A stretch of DNA of 28,077 bases from Oscillospiraceae bacterium (GCA_009785655.1 WQVW01000001.1:1-28077), one strand, 5' to 3'; positions 17,849-25,537 are shown, counted from the first letter of the stretch. Notes: generated from the sequence alone by a model not told the origin. Numbers and translations are program-made.

Positions 17849-19198
17849 TTGATTATCGACAAACTATTGAAATTCGCCGATGAATTTGATATGTTGCCGG
17901 AATCCGGCATTGTTTTGGCCTGTGTATCAGGCGGTGCGGATTCAATGGCAATGTTGCACGCGTTGATTGCCGTTTCGTCGCAGCGTGGATTTTCGGTTGC
18001 TGTTGCGCACTATAACCACAGACTACGGGGTGCGGAATCTGACGCGGATGAAGCGTTTGTCAGGGATTATTGTGCGCGTCACGGCATCGCGTTTCACGCC
18101 GGTTCCGGAGATGTTAAAGCGTACGCGTCTGAACACGGCACAGGTATTGAAGCCGCTGCACGTGACCTCCGGTACGCGTTTTTTTACAATGTGGCGGAAG
18201 CATCCGGGGCGTTAAAGATCGCGACAGCCCACACGGCAGATGATAACGCCGAAACGGTGGTCATGAATCTGATTCGTGGCACGGGACAGGCGGGTTTGTC
18301 GGGCATCCCGCCGTGCAGAGATATGATCATCCGTCCGATTTTGCGTGTGTCCCGTGACGAAGTAATGCGCTATATCGAAGCGTTTAGGATTCCATATGTC
18401 GAAGACGCCACCAACAGCCTTGATATTTTTACGCGCAATAAAATCCGGCTGTCGGTTATGCCGGTTCTGAAGGAAATTAATCCGCGATTTAATGAGGCGG
18501 TGATGGTCGCAAGTACCATCTCCCGCGCTGATGAGACATATCTTTCAGAACTTGCCGATGGATTTATTAAAGATCATTGTGCCGCCGGGCGTGTCCCGAT
18601 AACGGAACTTTGCAAGGCTCCATTTGCTGTGTCAAGCCGTGTGATACGACAACTTCACGGTGGCAGTTTGTCATACAACCATGTAAAAGCGGTGCTGAAA
18701 CTGGGGGATGAAGATCGAAGCAACCCATCCGGCAGTATCTCTTTGCCCGGTATGGTTGTGTATAGAGATTACGGATACTTAGTCTTTGACAACGGTACAC
18801 ATGTTTCGGACGGGTTTATGCCTGTGTATCTTGAGGATGGCGGGTGTCAGACAATTCCGGCGCTTTGTCTTAAAATATCTTGCCAATCAGTGGTATATGA
18901 TGATAAAATTGGAAACGTTAATAAATCGTTTACTTCTTTTTTGTTCAAATTTGACGATTTATGTGGTACAATTGTCGTTAGGCCGCGTGCTATTGGCGAC
19001 ACGATAAAACTTTCGGGAGGCACAAAAAGCTTGAAAAAGCTTTTTATTGAACGCAAAGTTCCACGTCTGTCCCGGTCTCTCACACCTGTGATTGCTGATG
19101 ATGCTGGCGTACTTGCCGTCTATGGTGTGGCTGCAGGGCAAAGGGCGGTGCCTGCATACGGCGACCGTGTTTTGGAAATTGTTTTCTCCCCCGCGTAG
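17849..19198 (+). CDS. tilS: tRNA(Ile)-lysidine synthase
   Basis: PP-loop SGGADS, AHYNHRLRG, RDLRY, AHTADDNAET, IRPIL, EDATN and RNKIR; TTG start after AAGGA. Confidence 0.96.
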   Translation: MIIDKLLKFADEFDMLPESGIVLACVSGGADSMAMLHALIAVSSQRGFSVAVAHYNHRLRGAESDADEAFVRDYCARHGIAFHAGSGDVKAYASEHGTGIEAAARDLRYAFFYNVAEASGALKIATAHTADDNAETVVMNLIRGTGQAGLSGIPPCRDMIIRPILRVSRDEVMRYIEAFRIPYVEDATNSLDIFTRNKIRLSVMPVLKEINPRFNEAVMVASTISRADETYLSELADGFIKDHCAAGRVPITELCKAPFAVSSRVIRQLHGGSLSYNHVKAVLKLGDEDRSNPSGSISLPGMVVYRDYGYLVFDNGTHVSDGFMPVYLEDGGCQTIPALCLKISCQSVVYDDKIGNVNKSFTSFLFKFDDLCGTIVVRPRAIGDTIKLSGGTKSLKKLFIERKVPRLSRSLTPVIADDAGVLAVYGVAAGQRAVPAYGDRVLEIVFSPA

Positions 19199-19261
19199 CG
19201 GCGAACAGTGTTCGTCCGAGGATTCTCGCATTGTCAACGGGCGCACGATGTGCGCTCCTGC
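19195..19261. repeat. REP doublet (REPIN-like) whose GTAG foot contains the tilS stop codon
   Basis: GTAG-CGGCGAAC-AGT-GTTCGTCC (19195-19217), a 21-nt spacer, then the reverse complement of GCAG-GAGCGCAC-ATC-GTGCGCCC (19239-19261). Confidence 0.75.
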
Positions 19262-19303
19262 ATGACCTCTGCGAAACATGAGAATGATAGAGGATTTGAG
19301 CTT

Positions 19304-19852
19304 ATGAATCGTGATTTTAAGAATATTTTATTTTCTGAGGAAAGAATAAAAGAACGGGTAGTACAGCTGGGTGCGGAAATTACGCGCGACTACAGCGGAA
19401 AGTCGCCCATGCTTATCGGTGTTCTAAAGGGCAGCTTTGTTTTCCTGGCGGATCTTGCGCGCAGCATAGATTTAGACTGCGAGATAAGATTTTTAAGCTG
19501 TTCATCATATGGTTCTTCTACAGTGACCACGGGAGAGGTGAATATCAAAGAACCGCTTGATTTTGACGTCCGCCAGATCGCGGGTCGGGATGTTTTATTG
19601 GTTGAAGATATCATCGACAGCGGGGTGACGATGGTGGAATTGCGGGAATTTTTCTCGGAGTTCTCTCCAGCGTCCCTGAAGATATGCACGCTGTTAGACA
19701 AAGTGTCCCGCCGTGAAGTGCCGATTAAAGCGGATTACGCGGGCTTTATCTGCCCGGACGAATTCGTCGTCGGCTACGGGCTTGATTACGCTGAAAAATA
19801 TCGCAACCTGCCCCACATTGCGGCTTTGGAGCCTGAGACTTGTTCAGGCTAG
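19304..19852 (+). CDS. hpt: Hypoxanthine phosphoribosyltransferase
   Basis: GVLKGSFVFLADL, PRPP loop LLVEDIIDSGVT, LLDK and FVVGYGLDYAEKYRNLP. Likely start is MNRDF at 19304. Confidence 0.97.
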   Translation: MNRDFKNILFSEERIKERVVQLGAEITRDYSGKSPMLIGVLKGSFVFLADLARSIDLDCEIRFLSCSSYGSSTVTTGEVNIKEPLDFDVRQIAGRDVLLVEDIIDSGVTMVELREFFSEFSPASLKICTLLDKVSRREVPIKADYAGFICPDEFVVGYGLDYAEKYRNLPHIAALEPETCSG

Positions 19853-19883
19853 TCAATGAATACTTATAAATAGCAAGGAGTGA

Positions 19884-21914
19884 TTGCTTTTGAATGCAAA
19901 AAAAAGAAGTCCACATAGCATAGGTTTTTACCTGTTGATTTTAATAATTCTTGTCTCGGTTATATATCTACTGAGAAGCCAGGACAATGTGCAGGCGACG
20001 AGTGTTCAATATTCTGACCTGCGCCGTATTTTTGCCGACGGAGAGGTTGAGAATTTCACGATCAATAACGGAGAGCGGATAACCGTCCGGCTCAGACATG
20101 ATTTTGAAGACAGCGGCAGTCCGTATGTTACGCACCAACTGTTTAGTGTAGCTTTTTTTCATAATGATTTCGGTGACTATATTGATCTGCTGATGGAGTA
20201 TGACGACTTCTGGTATAACTTTGAGCCTGGGATGAGGCTCCCGTGGTGGGCGAATCTGATTCCGTATGTGCTTATTATCGTTGTGTTCTTTATTATCTGG
20301 AACACCATGATGAGCCGATCCGGTGTCAGTGGAGACAAAGGTGCCATGCGGTTCGGCAAGGCCAGAACCCGGCTCGCCAGCGACGAGAAAAAGAAGGTGA
20401 CATTCGCCGATGTAGCCGGGTGCGAGGAAGAGAAAGACGAGCTGCGCGAGATCGTGGATTTCTTGAAAGGCCCGCAAAAATACACAGCGATCGGCGCGAA
20501 AATTCCCAAAGGCGTTTTGCTTGTCGGTCCGCCTGGAACCGGTAAAACGCTGATTGCCAAAGCTGTTGCCGGTGAGGCTGGGGTGCAGTTCTTATCGATC
20601 TCGGGCTCTGATTTTGTTGAGCTTTATGTCGGTGTCGGCGCGTCCCGCGTGAGGGATTTGTTCGATCAGGCGAAAAAACTTGCCCCGGCGATTATATTCA
20701 TAGATGAAATTGATGCCGTCGGCCGCCAGCGTGGCGCGGGTATGGGTGGCGGACATGATGAACGCGAACAGACGTTGAATCAACTGCTGGTCGAAATGGA
20801 CGGGTTCAATACAAATGAGGGTGTTATCATCATCGCGGCGACCAATAGGGCCGATATTCTGGACAACGCACTCTTGCGCCCAGGGCGGTTTGATCGCCAG
20901 GTATATGTCGGCTTGCCCGATATCCAGGGTCGTGAGGATATACTGAAAGTCCATGCCCGCGGGAAGCTATTAGCTGAGGACGTAGATCTTGCCAGTATTG
21001 CCAAAGGCACAATCGGCTTTACCGGTGCGGATCTTGAAAATCTGCTGAACGAGGCGGCATTGTTGGCGGCGCGCAGCAATAAACGGCTGATCACCATGAC
21101 GGATATAGAAAAAGCCACGCTGAAAGTTATTGCGGGACCGGAGAAGAAGAGCCGCGTGGTGTCTGAAAAATCCCGCAAGCTTAAAGCATATCATGAGGCG
21201 GGGCACGCCGTGGCGTCATACTTCCTGCCGAATGTGGATCCTGTGCATCTGGTCTCGATCATTCCAAGAGGTCAAGCCGGTGGCATGGTAATTTACCGCC
21301 CGCAGGAAGATAAGGAAACGACATCCAGAAGTGAGATGTTTGAACGAATCATCTCCGCACTCGGCGGCAGAGTTGCCGAGAAGCTGTATATGGATGATAT
21401 ATCTACCGGGGCATCCGGTGATATCCAGCAAGCCAGTGCGATTGCCAGGTCAATGGTAATGAAATACGGCATGAGTGATTCGATCGGGCCGATCTCGTTT
21501 GAAGACAGCTCTAAATCTGTGTTCATCGGCCGCGACTTTTCTCAAACGAAGAGTTATTCTGAAAAGACAGCGGCGGCGATTGACGATGAGGTCAAACGCA
21601 TATTCGATGAGGCAACCATTATCTGTGAAAGGCTGCTCACGGAACATAGCAAAATTGTTGTCGCCACAGCTGAATATCTGCTGGTGCATGAGAATATGGA
21701 CGGTGAAGATTTTGCGTATTGCTGTGAGCATAACGGCGAAATCCCGCCACCGCGTGATAAGACGGACAAATACGACACCCCTGAGACGGAATCAAAACCA
21801 AAGTCCGCGCTGGAAGATTTCCCGGAAATGCCGGACTTGTCTGAGTTCTTTGCCGAACCTGTTTCTGAAGAATCTGACAATTTTGACGACAAGGAAACAG
21901 ACAAGGACAAGTAG
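19884..21914 (+). CDS. ftsH: ATP-dependent zinc metalloprotease FtsH
   Basis: Two TM helices, [27 protein letters not shown] and HEAGH. TTG start at 19884 or 19890 after AAGGAG. Confidence 0.98.
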   Translation: MLLNAKKRSPHSIGFYLLILIILVSVIYLLRSQDNVQATSVQYSDLRRIFADGEVENFTINNGERITVRLRHDFEDSGSPYVTHQLFSVAFFHNDFGDYIDLLMEYDDFWYNFEPGMRLPWWANLIPYVLIIVVFFIIWNTMMSRSGVSGDKGAMRFGKARTRLASDEKKKVTFADVAGCEEEKDELREIVDFLKGPQKYTAIGAKIPKGVLLVGPPGTGKTLIAKAVAGEAGVQFLSISGSDFVELYVGVGASRVRDLFDQAKKLAPAIIFIDEIDAVGRQRGAGMGGGHDEREQTLNQLLVEMDGFNTNEGVIIIAATNRADILDNALLRPGRFDRQVYVGLPDIQGREDILKVHARGKLLAEDVDLASIAKGTIGFTGADLENLLNEAALLAARSNKRLITMTDIEKATLKVIAGPEKKSRVVSEKSRKLKAYHEAGHAVASYFLPNVDPVHLVSIIPRGQAGGMVIYRPQEDKETTSRSEMFERIISALGGRVAEKLYMDDISTGASGDIQQASAIARSMVMKYGMSDSIGPISFEDSSKSVFIGRDFSQTKSYSEKTAAAIDDEVKRIFDEATIICERLLTEHSKIVVATAEYLLVHENMDGEDFAYCCEHNGEIPPPRDKTDKYDTPETESKPKSALEDFPEMPDLSEFFAEPVSEESDNFDDKETDKDK

Positions 21915-22682
21915 ATGAAAAAGGTTAGTCTATTGGTTTTGTTGTCTGTCGTGCTACTGTTGTTAGGCTGCGCAAGTAATCAAATGCCTCCCAATAGCGT
22001 GCATTCGCCGGAAGATCTTTACGGGGGATTAATCGGCGTGCTGGAGGGGACATCGGGATTCCAATTTGCCGAGAGGATGGGTGTTGCAAGCCAGTTCCCG
22101 AATGGTGAGGAATTGCTGGCGGCGCTGCGAAGTGGCTCAGTCGATGCAGTGGTGATGGAACGTGCCACCGCTGAAATAGTTACCTCACGAGCGCGGCGAG
22201 TAACGATGCTTGCTGAGCCGCTGATCGCTTACGATTTACGCATAGCTGTGGCGAAAGAAAACACGAATCTTTTAGCGGCTGTGAATTCCGCGCTGGCATC
22301 TCTCCGTGCGGATGGAGTGCTTGACGCGTTGCGTGACGGGTATTTTATCGGCGCGGATTTTGCTTACACGCCGCCTGAAACAGCGGCCACCCGGCCGGGA
22401 TATCTTAGGGTCGCTGTGCCACGGAATTTCCCGCCGTATGCGTTTGAGGATGATTACGGTAATCTTGCCGGTATGAGTGTGGACATCGCCCGTGCTGTGG
22501 TGGATATTATAGGCGTTGAGCTGGTGATAGTGGAGTTTGATGTGCACGAGCTTGTTACCGCCGTGTGGTTCGGTAGGACAGACCTAGCACTCGGATTCAT
22601 TCCAAATGATCGGGATGATGAGTTGGTCAATTTTTCATCGGTCTATGCCCAGTCCACCCAGGCGATTATTGTCAGAAGATAA
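21915..22682 (+). CDS. Polar amino-acid ABC-type substrate-binding lipoprotein (SBP_bac_3-like) with the two halves in swapped order
   Basis: LLGC lipobox. Residues 29-144 match the canonical C-half (SPEDL..IGVLEGT..DAVV..IAVAK..LLAAVNSALASLRADG). Residues 164-255 match the canonical N-half (LRVAV..FPPY..G..VDIA..VNFSSVY..QAIIVRR). Confidence 0.85.
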   Translation: MKKVSLLVLLSVVLLLLGCASNQMPPNSVHSPEDLYGGLIGVLEGTSGFQFAERMGVASQFPNGEELLAALRSGSVDAVVMERATAEIVTSRARRVTMLAEPLIAYDLRIAVAKENTNLLAAVNSALASLRADGVLDALRDGYFIGADFAYTPPETAATRPGYLRVAVPRNFPPYAFEDDYGNLAGMSVDIARAVVDIIGVELVIVEFDVHELVTAVWFGRTDLALGFIPNDRDDELVNFSSVYAQSTQAIIVRR

Positions 22683-22687
22683 CACAA

Positions 22688-22723
22688 ATCCCCGCGTTTC
22701 AACATATGATGAAACGCGGGGAT
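22688..22723. terminator. Perfect 14-bp hairpin after the ftsH-SBP unit, probable terminator
   Basis: ATCCCCGCGTTTCA-ACATATGA-TGAAACGCGGGGAT; there is no U-tract on the plus strand. Confidence 0.55.
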
Positions 22724-22810
22724 AACTGTATCATGCTTCATAGCTTCGCCGAAAGCGGACACATATTTTAATTGATGCATATTCCCGCGACTAATCCTAA
22801 GGAGGAACCT

Positions 22811-22882
22811 ATGATGTTTTGGTGTCCTTTTTGCAGGTGTTTTAACAGACGCCGGAGATGCAGATGCGGCAGATGGTGCTGA
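22811..22882 (+). CDS. Putative 23-aa Cys/Arg-rich small protein MMFWCPFCRCFNRRRRCRCGRWC
   Basis: Translated by hand because it is below the ORF-track cutoff. AAGGAGG RBS at 22799-22805 lies 5 nt before the first ATG and 8 nt before the second; TGA at 22880-22882. Confidence 0.6.
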   Translation: MMFWCPFCRCFNRRRRCRCGRWC

Positions 22883-22909
22883 GTTTCAGTCTGTGACATA
22901 AATCTCCAA

Positions 22910-22932
22910 GGGCGCGCACAGTGCGCCCTTAC
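22910..22932 (-). repeat. Single REP unit
   Basis: Minus strand GTAA-GGGCGCAC-TGT-GCGCGCCC; same architecture as the other units. Confidence 0.65.
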
Positions 22933-22959
22933 ATACAAGCGGCACCGGGCGTCAAGGTA

Positions 22960-22997
22960 TAACAGGTGTGTTCATCGTAAGGTGAACGCGCCTGTTA
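22960..22997 (+). other. 17-bp RNA-type hairpin with a GNRA (GTAA) tetraloop
   Basis: TAACAGGTGTGTTCATC-GTAA-GGTGAACGCGCCTGTTA; three T-G wobble pairs give full pairing only on the plus strand. Confidence 0.55.
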
Positions 22998-23009
22998 GTT
23001 GTCAACTGG

Positions 23010-23231
23010 TTACAACCGCCCTATCGCAACCAGTCTTTTATAGGAACGCTCACGTGCGGCGGCGGCTTCTTTTGGCGGTTGTTTGAATGGACACGGTCTG
23101 TTCTCTTTCAAACAATATATGTCCTGTAAAGCTGTACATTCAGGCTTGCCGGTTTTCGTTGTATTAAACGCAAAGCAGTCCACAACCGCGCCCTCCATTC
23201 CGGGGACGACCATAAGTTTCTTTCTCGGCAT
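23010..23231 (-). CDS. Small Cys-rich hypothetical protein (73 aa), phage/ICE-like
   Basis: AGGAGGG RBS; DCFAF...C.AL...YC......CPF followed by a basic helix. Confidence 0.75.
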   Translation of the reverse strand: MPRKKLMVVPGMEGAVVDCFAFNTTKTGKPECTALQDIYCLKENRPCPFKQPPKEAAAARERSYKRLVAIGRL

Positions 23232-23240
23232 ATTTCCCTC

Positions 23241-23456
23241 CTATACATGACTCCGTGGGAAGTTTATCTCTATAACTTCACAATTCAGCAGTGCCGCCTT
23301 TTCCTCCGTGCTGAGGTCATTGAATTTGCATTCTATGCACTCCGGACAAAATGTATGCAAATCCTCCCATTCGTACATGCATTCCCCGTCGTACACCTCA
23401 TGCCCGCAGTTGGCGGTGACGTACTGAATATCAATTTCTTCCATCGGCAGAGACAT
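23241..23456 (-). CDS. Small zinc-finger-like hypothetical protein (71 aa), phage-like
   Basis: GAGGGG RBS; NCGHEVYDGE...FCPEC pattern. Confidence 0.75.
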   Translation of the reverse strand: MSLPMEEIDIQYVTANCGHEVYDGECMYEWEDLHTFCPECIECKFNDLSTEEKAALLNCEVIEINFPRSHV

Positions 23457-23647
23457 TGTTTCGTCCCCTCACAGTTTGGAAAACTCAAGCTTCTGAAAAC
23501 GTTCCAAGATCGGCGCACCCTTCTTGGTTTATACTTTGTGCAGGCATTTGTGGGACACCCTTTCGATTGATACATTAGAAGCGTGTAATCGCAGGTGCTT
23601 GTATATGTGCTGTAATACTCACAATCAGTCCGACATGCTGTTATCAT
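23333..23647 (-). CDS. Small Cys-rich hypothetical protein; C-terminal extent uncertain because it overlaps the next gene by 124 nt
   Basis: GGAGGTG RBS; C-x3-C-x9-CDY-x8-GCP-x3-CTKY N-terminal half. Confidence 0.6.
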   Translation of the reverse strand: MITACRTDCEYYSTYTSTCDYTLLMYQSKGCPTNACTKYKPRRVRRSWNVFRSLSFPNCEGTKQCLCRWKKLIFSTSPPTAGMRCTTGNACTNGRICIHFVRSA

Positions 23648-23756
23648 TGTATTCCACCTCCGAATATTTTAAGAATAGATCATCAGTCCCTATAAATAAT
23701 CCGAACTCAACAGAAAATCGGCAACAATATTTTATGCTGAAATCTGTTTGCGCTGC

Positions 23757-23785
23757 TTGAACTTCGGCAAAAAGTGTTGTATAAT
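23757..23785 (+). promoter_or_regulatory. Sigma-A-like promoter of the deaminase gene
   Basis: TTGAAC, 17-nt spacer, TATAAT. Confidence 0.75.
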
Positions 23786-23823
23786 GACCGAAAATGCGGA
23801 AAAATTTATGGGGGGCTGTTTAA

Positions 23824-24312
23824 TTGGAACGCAAGGATAAGGATAATTATTATCTTGATATCGCGGAAACAGTGCTAAAGAGATCTACCTGTCTGCGCAG
23901 AAAATACGGTGCAGTCATTGTCTTAAATGATGAGGTGATTGCAACAGGATACAACGGTGCACCGCGCGGGAGAAAGAATTGCATGGATCTCGGCAAATGC
24001 ACGAGAGATGAGATGGAAATCCCCAACGGAGAGCGGTATGAATTATGCCGCAGCGTTCACGCAGAGCAGAACGCAATCATCTCCGCCGCCAGGCGGGATA
24101 TGATCGGTGCCACCATATATCTATCCGGCAGGGATGCAAAGACGAATGACATTCTGGAAGACACAACATCGTGTCTGATGTGCAGGCGATTTATAATCAA
24201 TGCTGGAATCATAAAAACAGTTTGCCGTGAAGGGGAAGAAACGTACGCTTTGACAAATACCCGCGACTGGGTGTTTAATGATGATTCCGTCACAGGCGGG
24301 AGCAGAGATTGA
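23824..24312 (+). CDS. dCMP deaminase / ComEB-like zinc-dependent deaminase
   Basis: RSTCLRRKYGAV, TGYNGAPRG, HAEQNAI and SCLMC zinc motifs; TTG start after GGGGG. Confidence 0.92.
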   Translation: MERKDKDNYYLDIAETVLKRSTCLRRKYGAVIVLNDEVIATGYNGAPRGRKNCMDLGKCTRDEMEIPNGERYELCRSVHAEQNAIISAARRDMIGATIYLSGRDAKTNDILEDTTSCLMCRRFIINAGIIKTVCREGEETYALTNTRDWVFNDDSVTGGSRD

Positions 24313-24342
24313 TAAAAGGCTGCTGACAGTAAGCAGTTTGAA

Positions 24343-24379
24343 AATAAGAAACCTGCCTTTATTCGGCAGGTTTCTTATT
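24343..24379. terminator. Intrinsic terminator after the deaminase gene
   Basis: Perfect 15-bp inverted repeat AATAAGAAACCTGCC/GGCAGGTTTCTTATT with A/T-rich arms. Confidence 0.75.
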
Positions 24380-24510
24380 CGGTTAACTTTGTTTTTCGGC
24401 GATAATATTCATTCAAGAAGAACGCAGAAAGATGCCAAATCAATTGTTGAATTGTTTCGGCTGAAATGATAAAATATAGCCGGGATAAGTTTTTGATAGG
24501 GAGTTGCGTT

Positions 24511-25416
24511 GTGAAAATCACATGTTTTGAAGATTTGCGCGATCAGGCGAAAAAGATGGAGACAAAGCCTGTAGTTGCCGTGGTTGAGGCGTGCGACTTA
24601 ACGACAATGAATGCCATTGCCGACGCGGTGAGAGATGAGATAATACACCCGATGTTGATCGGAGATGCCGGAAAGATAGAAAAAATGACGGCAGAGCTTG
24701 GGCTGACAAAGTGTGACATCATCCAGGCGGAGAACGCCGAACAATCGCTCCAACAGGCGGTTCGCCTGATAAACAAAGGGCAGGCGCAGGCAGTGATGAA
24801 AGGGAACATAGAGTCTAAAGATTTTTTGAAAGCGATTGTCAATAAAGAAAACAATCTTCTGGCGGGAGAACAGACACTTTTGTCGCTTGCTGGATTATTT
24901 GAAGTACCCAGATATCACAAAATTTTTGCCATCAGTGACATGGTTATAAACACATATCCTGACTTAAACAGTAAGAAGATAATCATACAAAACGCCGTAA
25001 AAATGCTAAACGCGCTGGGAATAGGAAATCCCAAAGTCGCGGTATTGGCAGCCGTCGATAAATTAAACCCTAAAATGCCGGAAACGGTGGATGCCGCTGA
25101 GTTGAAAAAGATGAACAATGAAATACAAAACTGTGTGATAGAAGGGCCTATTTCATTTGACTTGGCCACAAATGCCCAGGCGGCGGAGATAAAAGGGTAT
25201 CAAAGCCCGGTAGCCGGGGACGCGGATCTTTTAATCGTGCCGGACATTACTTCCGGCAACATGTTGGCGAAATGCCTGACAGGGTTTGCCGGTGCGAAAA
25301 CGGCCGGGACGGTTCTGGGGGCGAAAGTGCCTGTTATTTTGACGTCCCGCAGTGCGGAACCTTCTGACAAATATTACTCGATTGCTTTAGCCGCCTGTTT
25401 GGGTGGGTTGCGTTAA
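24511..25416 (+). CDS. ptb: Phosphate butyryltransferase (phosphate acyltransferase)
   Basis: VMKGNI, PKVAVLAAV, EGPISFDLA, ADLLIVPDITSGNMLAK and PVILTSRS; directly upstream of buk. GTG start at 24511 after GGGAG. Confidence 0.9.
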   Translation: MKITCFEDLRDQAKKMETKPVVAVVEACDLTTMNAIADAVRDEIIHPMLIGDAGKIEKMTAELGLTKCDIIQAENAEQSLQQAVRLINKGQAQAVMKGNIESKDFLKAIVNKENNLLAGEQTLLSLAGLFEVPRYHKIFAISDMVINTYPDLNSKKIIIQNAVKMLNALGIGNPKVAVLAAVDKLNPKMPETVDAAELKKMNNEIQNCVIEGPISFDLATNAQAAEIKGYQSPVAGDADLLIVPDITSGNMLAKCLTGFAGAKTAGTVLGAKVPVILTSRSAEPSDKYYSIALAACLGGLR

Positions 25417-25465
25417 AACGGAAAATAATAAATTTGAAGATACAGCATTTGTTATGATATAGAAT

Positions 25466-25486
25466 GCAGGGGCGCACAGTGCGCCC
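25466..25486 (+). repeat. Single, slightly shortened REP unit between ptb and buk
   Basis: GCAG-GGGCGCAC-AGT-GCGCCC; nearly identical to the unit at 22910-22932. Confidence 0.55.
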
Positions 25487-25537
25487 TCGCCATCTGCCTA
25501 TAACCGAAAAAGAGATTGCCGTGCAAAAGGGGATACT

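Noticed and set aside
17692-17910. 72-aa minus-strand ORF as a possible holin-like type I toxin
   Set aside because: It overlaps the tilS start in antisense, has no RBS, has only a short hydrophobic patch, and reads through the structured element.
22811-22882. Microprotein as a SCIFF/ranthipeptide or other RiPP precursor
   Set aside because: It has six Cys, but there is no leader, no SCIFF-like GGCGECQTSCQSAC pattern, and no radical SAM, cyclase, peptidase or exporter gene in the window.
23247-23570. 107-aa plus-strand ORF across the Cys-rich cassette
   Set aside because: It is antisense to ORFs that have strong RBSs and coherent Cys motifs, and has no RBS of its own.
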